DNA of 64,000 bases from Bacteroidales bacterium. GTDB lineage: Bacteria > Bacteroidota > Bacteroidia > Bacteroidales > VadinHA17. The stretch lies in contig DAINPM010000006.1 in NCBI GenBank assembly GCA_036743455.1, positions 11,187 to 75,186 on the forward strand. The letters are read 5' to 3'. Of the stretch, positions 1-9,643 are shown one piece after another. A program made the translations under genes and the position numbers. The notes beneath the pieces are model-generated. The model saw only the letters and a program-made list of their open reading frames with translations, did no database searches and was not told the origin of the DNA. The first letter of the stretch is position 1; each line of letters opens with the position of its first letter.

Positions 1-1
1 A

Positions 2-538
2 GAAGAAATAGGCAGTTATGGAGATTTCAATAAAAATAAAGGACACTCTGACAAGGCAGGACCAGAAGAGTTTCCGGGAGAAAATGAAGGGAAAACAAAA
101 ATTAATATTTTTCCGGAACTCAATATGATGGTGTTGGGTCTTAATACCCGTAGCGACAAGGAACTTGTTGAGCGCACAAAAGTGTTTCTGCGTAATAAAA
201 AAGACCAGACCTCCTTCCGCTTTATTGCTGTTGTAGATCACACAGTTGACTTAACCGATATTTTTATGGTGTCATGGCAGTTGCTGTCAAATGCTGATCC
301 CGTAAGAGATATTTTGATCATTCATGATAACACTATATTTATTGACGGATCACTAAAGGTTTTCACTAATCACGGTTTCCCCAGGGAATGGCCGAATATA
401 GTGTGTTCATCGGAGGAAACAATAAAAAATGTTGACAGAAAATGGAAATCTCTTGGAGTGGGGCCTTTCATCCCATCTCCATCATTAACCTGTTCAGATC
501 TTTACCTTCAGGGAGAGGGTAAAGTGACAGTAACTTAA
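2..538 (+). CDS. UbiD-family decarboxylase, C-terminal part (5'-truncated by the window edge); probably the menaquinone-biosynthesis decarboxylase
   Basis: The frame is open from base 2 into the tracked ORF at 125. FIAVVDHTVDLTD..VSWQLLSNADPVRD and FPREWPNIV..W..LG.G.FIPSPS resemble UbiD C-termini. mqnB and mqnD are in the same window. Confidence 0.6.
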   Translation, partial: EEIGSYGDFNKNKGHSDKAGPEEFPGENEGKTKINIFPELNMMVLGLNTRSDKELVERTKVFLRNKKDQTSFRFIAVVDHTVDLTDIFMVSWQLLSNADPVRDILIIHDNTIFIDGSLKVFTNHGFPREWPNIVCSSEETIKNVDRKWKSLGVGPFIPSPSLTCSDLYLQGEGKVTVT

Positions 539-586
539 CATAAACATATTTACTGTTTTATAGACTCTTCAGACTGCTTTTTTTAC

Positions 587-594
587 TAAATTTG
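587..594 (+). promoter_or_regulatory. Bacteroidetes sigma-A -7 element TAAATTTG
   Basis: Exact TAnnTTTG match 10 nt before the ATG at 605. Confidence 0.5.
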
Positions 595-604
595 CTTCTA
601 TCTG

Positions 605-1642
605 ATGGGATGTGTCTGCTTTACATACTATTGTTTCCTGCTGTTATCATCAGGCAGATTACTTGTTGCTGGGGCTCAGGGAAATACTGATATTGACTTT
701 TCCGGATTTAATATCACTTTCCTGTTGGCGGGAATATTTATCATACTGGCAGTCATACTGGCTTTGGCGTATCTGACAAACAGACTGTTCGGGGTCAGAA
801 AGAAATTAAAAGAAAAGACCAAAGCTCTCGACATGGCTGAACACTTGATAAGCCACCTTGAATTGCGGGATAAAGATATGACTGATTCACTTATCTATGC
901 ACAGAGGATACAGGAAGCTCTACTGCCTTCAGAGGACTTTTTCCGTAATTATTTTCCCGATTCTTTTGTTTATTTCAAACCGAAGGATATTGTAAGCGGT
1001 GATTTTTACTGGGTAGGCGAGAAAGGCGATAAAATATTTGTGGCAGCAGCTGATTGTACGGGCCATGGCGTTCCGGGAGCCCTTATGTCGGTAATAGGAC
1101 TTGATATAATCACTAAGACAATTCTTGAAGCAAATATTGAAAATCCTTCCGCAGTACTGGCAGTGATGAATAAAGACCTTGAAAAGATGTTCAGCAGAGA
1201 GAAAAATATTGGGACAATAATCCGTGATGGAATGGATCTTGGTCTTTGTATCATTGACCGGAAGAGAAAAAAAATTGAATATGCCGGTGCTTTCTTTCCT
1301 CTGTATCTTGTTCGTGATAATACATTAACAGAGATTAAAGGAGATAAATTTATTATAGGAATGAATCCGAAAGGACTGGGATATACCACTCATGAGATTG
1401 ATATAAAGGAAGATGATATTATTTATATATTTTCTGATGGATATGTTGATCAGTTTGGAGGGACTGAAAATAAAAAATTCATGTACAGACGCTTCAGATA
1501 TCTTCTTTTGCAGATACACAGATTTTCTTTTAAAGACCAGAAGTCAATACTGGAAGAAAATATGAGATCGTGGATGATGGATAACAGCCAGGTTGATGAT
1601 ATTATGGTTATAGGTTTCCGGCCTTTGAGGGAGGGACATTAG
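605..1642 (+). CDS. Membrane-anchored PP2C/SpoIIE (RsbU-like) Ser/Thr phosphatase
   Basis: Hydrophobic N-terminal segments, then AQRIQEALLP, VSGDFYW, ADCTGHGVPGALMS, DGMD, FSDGYVDQFGG and QVDDIMVIG. Confidence 0.9.
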   Translation: MGCVCFTYYCFLLLSSGRLLVAGAQGNTDIDFSGFNITFLLAGIFIILAVILALAYLTNRLFGVRKKLKEKTKALDMAEHLISHLELRDKDMTDSLIYAQRIQEALLPSEDFFRNYFPDSFVYFKPKDIVSGDFYWVGEKGDKIFVAAADCTGHGVPGALMSVIGLDIITKTILEANIENPSAVLAVMNKDLEKMFSREKNIGTIIRDGMDLGLCIIDRKRKKIEYAGAFFPLYLVRDNTLTEIKGDKFIIGMNPKGLGYTTHEIDIKEDDIIYIFSDGYVDQFGGTENKKFMYRRFRYLLLQIHRFSFKDQKSILEENMRSWMMDNSQVDDIMVIGFRPLREGH

Positions 1643-2964
1643 ATATATTTCTTTATTTTTTCGATCAACGCTGAAGGTTGAAAAGGTTTGCTGATATAAT
1701 CATCAATACCGGCAGATATACATTTCTCCCTGTCTCCCAGCATTGCGTTTGCTGTAATTGCAATTATTGGAATATGTGTACTAGTGCTTGATTCAAGTGC
1801 TCTTATTTTTTCTGCAGCCAGAAGGCCGCTCATTACCGGCATCTGTATATCCATGAGGATAATGTCGAAACTGGATGTGCCAAACTTGTCAAGAGCCTCT
1901 TTCCCGTTTGAAGCAGTCTCAATACTGTGTACAAGCGGCTGAAGAGTCAGCAGTGTTATTTTCTGGTTTATCAGGTTGTCTTCAACAAGCAGAATTTTAA
2001 TATCTTTTAATTCCTTATGTACTCTCTCCTTTTGCATAAGTTCTCCGATTGTTGGAGAGACAGTATGTGTTTTTATATCATTTATAATATTGGTGAAAGG
2101 CAGTCTGAAATTCAGAACAGTGTAACTGACTCCAAACTCCTGATTATATGCTCCTTTGCTTCCTTTTATCATTCTTGCTGCCAGACTCCTGTTTATTTCC
2201 TTTTCATTAATAAGTACAATCACTTTATCTATCTCTATGCGAAACCCGATCAATATCTCATTTAGACTTTCCTTTTCATTTTGCAGACTGATAGTGACTT
2301 TGGTCCCTCTTTCCGAACTGTGGTTTTCAATAGTATTAAAGATATCCAAAAGAATCTGTTTGAGAATAATAGGATCGCCAAAACACTCACAGTCATTAAA
2401 TCCGGCATTGTTCAGATCAAACTCAATATTAGCCTTGTCTTTAAGATTATAAAGCTCAATAGTATTCTGGATAGTAGAAAGAATATTAAACCGAATATAT
2501 TTTCTTGGTTCCAGGGTTATATTATCAGCTGACTGCATAGTCAGTTCATTGACAGTGGTTACCATGTTGTTTGTTGATGCCATGAAAGTCTCAAGCAGCT
2601 CTTTCTGTTTTTTCTGGAGACCTGATTCCATAAGCATATCAGTTATTATCACCACATTATTCAAAGGTTCTCTTATCTTATGAGAAAAATCAGATATGAG
2701 ATTATCCATTTTTTCGTTTGAAGCCGAGATTTCCCTGAGAGAATTTCTTGCATTGCTGAGAAGATAAATAATTTTTTTCGTGAGTAATATACCAATAGCC
2801 GCTGTGATTATTAATATTACACCGGCAAAGAAAGGTGTATCAGCAATTATCAGTATTATACCTGTAATCAGACCGGTTAAGGCTGCATAAGACCACATGG
2901 TAATTCTTTTGAGTGCAGACCGGCCAGCTTCACCAATTATTGTTTTCCCGGGATCTTTAATCAT
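1639..2964 (-). CDS. Hybrid sensor/response regulator with HisKA, degenerate HATPase and C-terminal receiver domain
   Basis: Two transmembrane segments, H-box FSHKIREPLN, receiver ILLVEDNLINQ..ILMDIQMPVMSG..AITANA..ISKP. No DxGxG box is visible. Confidence 0.8.
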   Translation of the reverse strand: MIKDPGKTIIGEAGRSALKRITMWSYAALTGLITGIILIIADTPFFAGVILIITAAIGILLTKKIIYLLSNARNSLREISASNEKMDNLISDFSHKIREPLNNVVIITDMLMESGLQKKQKELLETFMASTNNMVTTVNELTMQSADNITLEPRKYIRFNILSTIQNTIELYNLKDKANIEFDLNNAGFNDCECFGDPIILKQILLDIFNTIENHSSERGTKVTISLQNEKESLNEILIGFRIEIDKVIVLINEKEINRSLAARMIKGSKGAYNQEFGVSYTVLNFRLPFTNIINDIKTHTVSPTIGELMQKERVHKELKDIKILLVEDNLINQKITLLTLQPLVHSIETASNGKEALDKFGTSSFDIILMDIQMPVMSGLLAAEKIRALESSTSTHIPIIAITANAMLGDREKCISAGIDDYISKPFQPSALIEKIKKYI

Positions 2965-3050
2965 AATTTCAGGTTGAGAAGTGTAAAAATAAACAAAATA
3001 AGTAAAAGATATACATCAACAAGATATATAAGCCTTTTAAATGAAATCGT

Positions 3051-3058
3051 TAAATTTG
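3051..3058 (+). promoter_or_regulatory. -7 promoter element TAAATTTG
   Basis: Exact TAnnTTTG match just upstream of 3069. Confidence 0.55.
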
Positions 3059-3068
3059 CAGTAACGGT

Positions 3069-3863
3069 ATGATATTTGAACTGAAAAAGAAAAAAGACAT
3101 CGTTATGAAAATGACAACCGGGATTCTTATTTTTATGGCCATTGCTGTTTTTTCAGGTCCATATCATCCTGTGGCTGCACAGGAGAATATGGAAATGGTT
3201 AAATATACTCCTGATTTCAAATTCACTGACGGAGTATATCTGAATTTTGAACAGGTAAGAAATAATAAGCCTATCCCCAAGGCCAAGCTTCTTACTTCTA
3301 CTGATTATAATGACAAGGACTTTTTTAAGAATTTATTTGAATCAGAAAAGATTTATTATTATGATGAGATGGGGATAAGACAGGAAATAGACAGATCATC
3401 GGTGTGGGGTTATTCAAGAAACGGCGTTCTTTACGTGCAGATGCAGAACAATTTTAACCGTATAACATTTGTTGGTTCTATCAGTCATTTTATTGCCGAT
3501 ATTTTGTCATACGATTCACGTTATTATAATTCTCCCTATGGTTATGGTTACTATGATCCTTATTCATATTATTCTCCCTATTCTTATTACGGATATGGTG
3601 GCTATAGCCCTTACGGATACTATGGTTATCCCTATGGGAGGAGTTCCATGACAAGGAGTGACGTTAAACAGTTCATTTTTGATTTTGAATCTGGAAAGAT
3701 CATGGATTTTGACCTTGAGAATACAAAGCTGATGTTAATGAAAGATGAGGAACTATATGAGGAGTTCGTACTTTTACCCAGGAAAAAACAAAAGGAATTA
3801 ATGTTTGTTTATATCCGTAAATTCAATGAAAAAAACCCTCTTTATATACCTGAAGCCCAATGA
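3069..3863 (+). CDS. Exported hypothetical protein with an internal Tyr/Gly/Pro-rich repeat
   Basis: 264-aa ORF with a signal-peptide-like N-terminus (the start may be the downstream MKM) and a YYNSPYGYGYYDPYSYYSPY tract. Confidence 0.75.
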   Translation: MIFELKKKKDIVMKMTTGILIFMAIAVFSGPYHPVAAQENMEMVKYTPDFKFTDGVYLNFEQVRNNKPIPKAKLLTSTDYNDKDFFKNLFESEKIYYYDEMGIRQEIDRSSVWGYSRNGVLYVQMQNNFNRITFVGSISHFIADILSYDSRYYNSPYGYGYYDPYSYYSPYSYYGYGGYSPYGYYGYPYGRSSMTRSDVKQFIFDFESGKIMDFDLENTKLMLMKDEELYEEFVLLPRKKQKELMFVYIRKFNEKNPLYIPEAQ

Positions 3864-4723
3864 TAAATATTAAGAAAGCACTGATTGTTGCCTGTATGGT
3901 TTGTATTTCAGCTATGGCCGATGGACAGGCTCCTTTCCCATCTCCCGATGAAATAAAGCAATTCAGTTCTTCAATTACCTGTGTGGTGCTTGAAGAATCT
4001 ACTTTTTCTGCTTTCAATGCTTATATAAAGGATGCTATGGAGGACTACTGGGAAATAACACCTTTTGAATTTATTGACAGGGATGAATTCAATACCAGGA
4101 GAAGTGATCCTTCTTTTTCATTTATTTTGCTCACAGAAACGGTTTTTGAAAAAGACAGATCGAACACAACATATAATTTTATCAATCTCATTCAGGGAAA
4201 GAAAGTTGGTTCATTGGCTGAGAACCCTGAGATATGTGCTGTTCCGCTTTCATCTTCTTCTGAAGACGATTTTGATTTTGGATTTAAGTTAGGTGCCATT
4301 TTGTCTTTTATGCAGCAACATGCACGACTCATTCTTGAAGAGCCCTCAAAAACAGGAATGAGGTACCTGAAGTATTACAATGTCAATGTTCCTGATATAC
4401 AGGGAAGGACTATCATGGTTAGAAAGGAAGATCTGTCTCCGGATATATCCACTATTGAGCAGATCAGGGATATTTATTCCGGCACGGTAGAGATTGTATC
4501 CGGGGATGAAATCGTAAAAGCTATTGAAGAAAAGAGAGCAAACACCATCATTCTTCATGAAGTCAGTCCGGCTGAGGACAACCAGGGTCAGGGAATATGT
4601 TTTAAGATGCTTATCGGCACGGATAATGCCAGGATGTATTATTATAACGAACATAATATTAATTCCAGAAATCCCGGCGGTCTTTTATCTTCCGATCTGA
4701 GACGTCTTGCAAGGTTTAATTGA
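3860..4723 (+). CDS. Exported hypothetical protein
   Basis: 287-aa ORF with a signal peptide; overlaps the upstream gene by 4 nt. Confidence 0.7.
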   Translation: MINIKKALIVACMVCISAMADGQAPFPSPDEIKQFSSSITCVVLEESTFSAFNAYIKDAMEDYWEITPFEFIDRDEFNTRRSDPSFSFILLTETVFEKDRSNTTYNFINLIQGKKVGSLAENPEICAVPLSSSSEDDFDFGFKLGAILSFMQQHARLILEEPSKTGMRYLKYYNVNVPDIQGRTIMVRKEDLSPDISTIEQIRDIYSGTVEIVSGDEIVKAIEEKRANTIILHEVSPAEDNQGQGICFKMLIGTDNARMYYYNEHNINSRNPGGLLSSDLRRLARFN

Positions 4724-4768
4724 TGCATCATTTGAATAATATTGACGTCTTTTTAATAAAAAGATAAC

Positions 4769-5128
4769 ATGGAAGAAATAAGACAATTTTCGGAATCAGA
4801 GAGAAATTGGGCAATGATATGTCATTTATCGGCTTTTGCAGGTTTCTTCTTCCCTTTTGGGGGTATTATCGGGCCGTTGATATGCTGGCTGTCAAAAAAG
4901 GATGAATCATTATGGGTTGATGAAAACGGAAAGGCTTCAATGAATTTCCAGCTTTCAATACTTTTGTATATGGTTCTGGCAATTCCTCTGTGTTTTATTC
5001 TGGTAGGCATTCCCATAATAATCATTTTAGGGTTACTGAAAGTTATCTGTATAGTAATTGCCAGTATCAGTGCAGCAAAAGGTGAAAAATTCAGATATCC
5101 CATTTCAATACCTTTTATTCAGAAATAA
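4769..5128 (+). CDS. DUF4870-type small membrane protein
   Basis: ERNWAMICHLS..GGIIGPLICWL..ENGKASMNFQLS..GEKFRYP.SIPFI pattern. Confidence 0.85.
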   Translation: MEEIRQFSESERNWAMICHLSAFAGFFFPFGGIIGPLICWLSKKDESLWVDENGKASMNFQLSILLYMVLAIPLCFILVGIPIIIILGLLKVICIVIASISAAKGEKFRYPISIPFIQK

Positions 5129-5155
5129 TTCAGGGTCTCCTTTTTCTTTCCTTCC

Positions 5156-5186
5156 TTTGGTATATTCTTTTGTCTTTATACTTTTG
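5156..5186 (+). promoter_or_regulatory. Sigma-A promoter of hisS: TTTG-N19-TACTTTTG
   Basis: -33 TTTG at 5156-5159 and -7 element at 5179-5186, at canonical spacing. Confidence 0.65.
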
Positions 5187-5204
5187 TCTTTTATATTATA
5201 AGCA

Positions 5205-6596
5205 ATGTCATCAAGACCCTCTATACCCAAAGGAACCAGAGATTTTTCTCCCGATGAAATACTTAAAAGGGAGTTCATTTTCGACACCATTAAGAGTGTC
5301 TTTAAATTATATGGCTATCAACCTGTTGAGACGCCTGCAATGGAAACTCTTTCTACACTCCTCGGGAAGTATGGTGATGAAGGCGACAGGCTTATATTCA
5401 GGATATTAAACTCCGGTGACTTCTTTTCAGGCCTGAGTGATTCTGAATTGTCTGAAAGAAACCTGAGCAAAATAGCAGGACAGATATGTGAGAAAGGTTT
5501 GAGATATGACCTGACTGTTCCTTTTGCCAGGTATGTAGTGCAGCATCGTGATGAAATAACCTTCCCTTTCAGAAGATATCAGATTCAACCTGTCTGGAGA
5601 GCTGACAGACCCCAGAAAGGAAGGTACCGCGAATTTTTTCAATGCGATGTTGATGTAATAGGAAGCAATTCACTATTAAACGAGTATGAATTAATAAGGA
5701 TCATTGATAATGTTTTTTCCAAGCTGAAGATCAATGTCCTGATAAAACTCAATAACAGAAAAATACTGTCGGGTATAGCTGAATATATTGGTGAGTATGA
5801 GATGATTACCGATATTACCACTGCTATTGACAAGATAGAGAAGATTGGACTTGATGCGGTTAACCTTGAACTAAGGGACAAAGGAGTGTCAGAAGAGGCT
5901 GTCAGTAAATTGCAGCCTTTCCTTGGGATTGAGGGTGGAGCAGAGACAAAGCTTGACATACTTGAGAATCTGTTGGCAAAATCACCTATAGGGATTAAAG
6001 GTGTTTCTGAAATGCGGGAGCTTTTCTCTTATATTGAATCCGGTATTCTCTCAGGTATGGTGGAACTTGATATTACTCTGGCCAGGGGACTGAACTATTA
6101 TACGGGTACAATAATGGAAGTTAAGTCTGCAGATGTTAGTATAGGTAGTATTTGCGGAGGTGGAAGATATGATAATCTGACAGGTGTTTTTGGTATGGAC
6201 GGTATATCCGGTGTGGGAATATCTTTCGGGGCAGACAGGATATATGATGTCATGAAACAGTCAGATCTGTTCAGCGGGTTTATCTCTGCCTCATCACAGG
6301 TACTGGTAATGAATTTTGGTAAGTCTTCTGTTGAATACGCTTTTAAGATCCTTGAATTATTGAGAAATCTTGGAATAAAAACAGAGTTCTATCCCGATCC
6401 CGTTAAGATAAAAAAGCAGATGACGTATGCTGATAACAGAAAAATTCCTTTTATTATTATTCCCGGAGAAGATGAGTTAAAGGCCGGAGAGGTGACAGTA
6501 AAAAATATGGCCTCAGGAAAACAGAAAAGGATACCCTTCAGAGAGCTTAAATCTTTTGTTCTGTCTGATATATCACCTCTGCGGCAGATCACCTGA
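5205..6596 (+). CDS. hisS: Histidine--tRNA ligase
   Basis: [50 protein letters not shown] and GGGRYD. Confidence 0.98.
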   Translation: MSSRPSIPKGTRDFSPDEILKREFIFDTIKSVFKLYGYQPVETPAMETLSTLLGKYGDEGDRLIFRILNSGDFFSGLSDSELSERNLSKIAGQICEKGLRYDLTVPFARYVVQHRDEITFPFRRYQIQPVWRADRPQKGRYREFFQCDVDVIGSNSLLNEYELIRIIDNVFSKLKINVLIKLNNRKILSGIAEYIGEYEMITDITTAIDKIEKIGLDAVNLELRDKGVSEEAVSKLQPFLGIEGGAETKLDILENLLAKSPIGIKGVSEMRELFSYIESGILSGMVELDITLARGLNYYTGTIMEVKSADVSIGSICGGGRYDNLTGVFGMDGISGVGISFGADRIYDVMKQSDLFSGFISASSQVLVMNFGKSSVEYAFKILELLRNLGIKTEFYPDPVKIKKQMTYADNRKIPFIIIPGEDELKAGEVTVKNMASGKQKRIPFRELKSFVLSDISPLRQIT

Positions 6597-6707
6597 TCCA
6601 TTAAGGGTTTTGCCTGTGGGTTTTGTCCCGCAAAGCTGTAGTTGTATTTTCGCTTACAGAACGAAAAAATGTAAAATTGATTATTAAATAACTATATCTG
6701 AAATATA

Positions 6708-7805
6708 ATGGCTCTTCAATGCGGAATTACAGGCATAACAAATGTAGGAAAGACAACTATTTTCAATTGTCTGTCAAATACCAAAGGCGAAACAAATGCT
6801 TTCGCATTCAGTGCCTCCAGATCCAATATCGGTGTTGTACAGGTGCCCGATAGAAGGTTGTATGAACTTGAGAAACATCAGGTTACGGAAAAAATTATTC
6901 ATACCACTGTTGAAATGGTTGACATACCCGGACTTGCCAAAGGATCGAATAAGGGTGAAGGTGTCGGGAATAAATTTCTGGGTGACATCCGCAATACAGA
7001 TGCTCTTATTCATGTTCTGAGATGTTTTGATGATGAGTCTTTGCCTCATGTTGACGGATCTGTTGATCCGGTACGGGATATGGAAACGATCGATCTGGAG
7101 TTACAGGTAAAGGACCTTGAATCGGTTGAAAAAAAAGCAGAAAGACTTAGAAAAGCCGCCAGATCGGGCGACAAAGAAGCTTCAAACAGTCTTTCGGTGC
7201 TTGAACGCTTCCGGGAACACTTTGAAAACTTTAACAATGCCCGTACTCTTGTTTTAAAAGAGGAAGAAAAAAAGGTTGTCGATGATCTTTTTCTGCTTAC
7301 AATGAAACCTGTTTTGTATATATGTAATGTGGATGAAAAATCAGCTGTAAGCGGAAATCATTACGTTGATGCTGTGAAGAAATATCTTGAAGGCAGCGAT
7401 GCTGAAGTAATAATCATTGCCGGAAAGACTGAAGCAGAGATAGCCGAACTGGACAATCCTGAAGACCGTGCTGCTTTTCTCAGTGATGCAGGTCTTGATG
7501 AGCCGGGAGTTGATAAACTGGTAAGAGCTGCTTACAGACTTCTTGACCTGCAGACTTTTTTTACTGTAGGGCCGAAAGAAATACGTGCATGGACTATCAG
7601 AAAAGGGATGACAGCACCCCAGGCCGCAGGAGTCATACACAGCGATCTGGAGAGAGGCTTTATAAGAGCCGAAGTGATGAAATACAACGATTTTATTACA
7701 CTGGGGTCAGAACATGCCTGCAAGGAAGCCGGGAAATTTTATATTGAAGGCAGAAATTATATTGTGGAAGATGGGGATATCCTTCACATCAGATTCAATG
7801 TTTAG
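6708..7805 (+). CDS. ychF: YchF/Obg-like ATPase with divergent switch I
   Basis: GxxNVGKT, DIPGL.KG...GEG.GNKFL, NVDE, TFFTVGPKEIRAW and GVIHSDLERGFIRAE. Confidence 0.93.
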   Translation: MALQCGITGITNVGKTTIFNCLSNTKGETNAFAFSASRSNIGVVQVPDRRLYELEKHQVTEKIIHTTVEMVDIPGLAKGSNKGEGVGNKFLGDIRNTDALIHVLRCFDDESLPHVDGSVDPVRDMETIDLELQVKDLESVEKKAERLRKAARSGDKEASNSLSVLERFREHFENFNNARTLVLKEEEKKVVDDLFLLTMKPVLYICNVDEKSAVSGNHYVDAVKKYLEGSDAEVIIIAGKTEAEIAELDNPEDRAAFLSDAGLDEPGVDKLVRAAYRLLDLQTFFTVGPKEIRAWTIRKGMTAPQAAGVIHSDLERGFIRAEVMKYNDFITLGSEHACKEAGKFYIEGRNYIVEDGDILHIRFNV

Positions 7806-7813
7806 TATTATGT

Positions 7814-9514
7814 ATGATAAAAGAACTGATCATAATATCCTTTTTTCTGGTATCTGCTGTTTCAGAGTGTTTTTCCGGGATTGATAATCTGAATGACAAC
7901 AAATTAAGGCAGATTGTCAGTGATTATGGTCAGGCAAGAGTCACCATTCCTTTCCCGGGTATCCGGCAGACAAATGAACTCAGCCGCAAGCTTTCGGTAA
8001 GCTCTGTAAAAAATGATACAGTTGAGATAGTCCTGTCTCCTGTGACGCTGGAATGGTTTATTGATCAGGGATTAAACTATAAAATAAGAGCACCCTACGA
8101 CCTAAAGGATCTGAAAATAGCTACAGGCAAGGGCCAGGCAACGGAATGGAATACTTATCCTTCCTATTCACAATACATTTCAATAATGCAGGGCTTTGCT
8201 GACAACTATCCCGATATATGTCTTCTTGATACAATAGGAACAAGTAATTACGGGAAGTTGATTCTCGCTCTTAAAATTTCGGATAATGTTTCAATTGATG
8301 AAGATGAACCTGAAACTTTCTATTCATCAACAATTCACGGAGATGAGACAGGTGGATTTGTTCTGATGCTCAGGCTTGCTGATTATCTCCTGATGAATTA
8401 TCAATCTGACCTGAGAATAAGTGAAATGATAAATAATCTGGAGATATGGATCAACCCTTTGGCTAATCCTGACGGGACTTACGGTACTGGTGATCTGATT
8501 ACTTCTCCCATACGTTTTAATGCCAATGGCTACGATCTGAACCGGAACTTTCCGGACCCTGCAACACCGAATACAGTCACACAGACAGAAACAACTGATA
8601 TGGTCAGTTTTTTACGGAAGCATAATTTTGTACTATCTGCAAATTTCCATTCAGGGACAGAAGTGGTTAATTATCCCTGGGACAGCAGAGCCGACCTACA
8701 TGCTGATGATGAATGGTTTTACTCTGTCAGCAGAAAATATGCAGATACTGTTCATCTGTATTCCGTTCCCGGTTACATGACTTTTTTACAGGATGGAGTA
8801 ACTAACGGATATATGTGGTATTCAATAAACGGAGGACGTCAGGATTTCGTGACCCGGGAGTTACAGGGGCGGGAAGTGACTATTGAACTGGATTATGACT
8901 ATATTACTCCGGCGGAAGACCTTGGCCTCTTATGGGAATATAATCACAGATCGTTGCTGGGATATCTTGAAAACGCTTTAAGTGGCATACATGGTAAGGT
9001 TACCGACAGTAAAACAGGCGACCCGGTGAAAGCCCGTATATTTGTTCCCGGGCATGATTCCGACAGTTCACATGTTTATTCACGCTCATCTACGGGTGTT
9101 TTTGTCAGACTGATTTCTCCGGGCTCCTGGGACCTTTTGGTCACTGCTGAAGGTTATCTCCCGGTGAATATTGACAATGTTATTGTTACAGAAGATAACA
9201 TAACAAACCTGAATGTTGAAATGCTTCCTTTTATCAATCCTGTTGATACAACCGCGACACCTGTGCTTATTCTTTATCCAAGTCCTGCCAGTGAATCAGT
9301 GAGAGCTGTATTACCGGAGGATTTTACCGGACAGGTTCGTATAATATTGTATGATTCCGGGGGTCGGAAAATAAGGGATTATTATGAAAATGCTACAGAA
9401 GATATTCCCCTGGTGTTAGATGTAAGACATCTTCCCGGTGGAGTCTATGTGGTAGTTGTAAGTAAAACCGGATCACCTCTGAGGTGCTGGAAAAGATTTG
9501 TTGTTGTCCGGTAA
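7814..9514 (+). CDS. M14 zinc carboxypeptidase with carboxypeptidase regulatory-like domain and type-A T9SS C-terminal signal
   Basis: HGDE, LNRNF, NFHSG and TIEL motifs; C-terminal LYPSPA..LPGGVYVVVV..KRFVVVR. Confidence 0.9.
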   Translation: MIKELIIISFFLVSAVSECFSGIDNLNDNKLRQIVSDYGQARVTIPFPGIRQTNELSRKLSVSSVKNDTVEIVLSPVTLEWFIDQGLNYKIRAPYDLKDLKIATGKGQATEWNTYPSYSQYISIMQGFADNYPDICLLDTIGTSNYGKLILALKISDNVSIDEDEPETFYSSTIHGDETGGFVLMLRLADYLLMNYQSDLRISEMINNLEIWINPLANPDGTYGTGDLITSPIRFNANGYDLNRNFPDPATPNTVTQTETTDMVSFLRKHNFVLSANFHSGTEVVNYPWDSRADLHADDEWFYSVSRKYADTVHLYSVPGYMTFLQDGVTNGYMWYSINGGRQDFVTRELQGREVTIELDYDYITPAEDLGLLWEYNHRSLLGYLENALSGIHGKVTDSKTGDPVKARIFVPGHDSDSSHVYSRSSTGVFVRLISPGSWDLLVTAEGYLPVNIDNVIVTEDNITNLNVEMLPFINPVDTTATPVLILYPSPASESVRAVLPEDFTGQVRIILYDSGGRKIRDYYENATEDIPLVLDVRHLPGGVYVVVVSKTGSPLRCWKRFVVVR

Positions 9515-9573
9515 AGGAATGCTTATTTTTCCTCTTGATTATGTATTCCTATTGTAACTCTGTCCAAAAAGCC

Positions 9574-9581
9574 TACTTTTG
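9574..9581 (+). promoter_or_regulatory. -7 promoter element TACTTTTG
   Basis: Exact TAnnTTTG match upstream of 9644. Confidence 0.5.
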
Positions 9582-9643
9582 GAACTTGGTAAATTTTGGA
9601 AAAATATAATATTAAATAACACAAAAAAAATGTCCGGAGATAT

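Noticed and set aside
5167-5195. Short tandem repeat CTTTTGTCTTT(T)ATA x2
   Set aside because: Only two copies in low-complexity DNA, and it overlaps and is explained by the hisS promoter.
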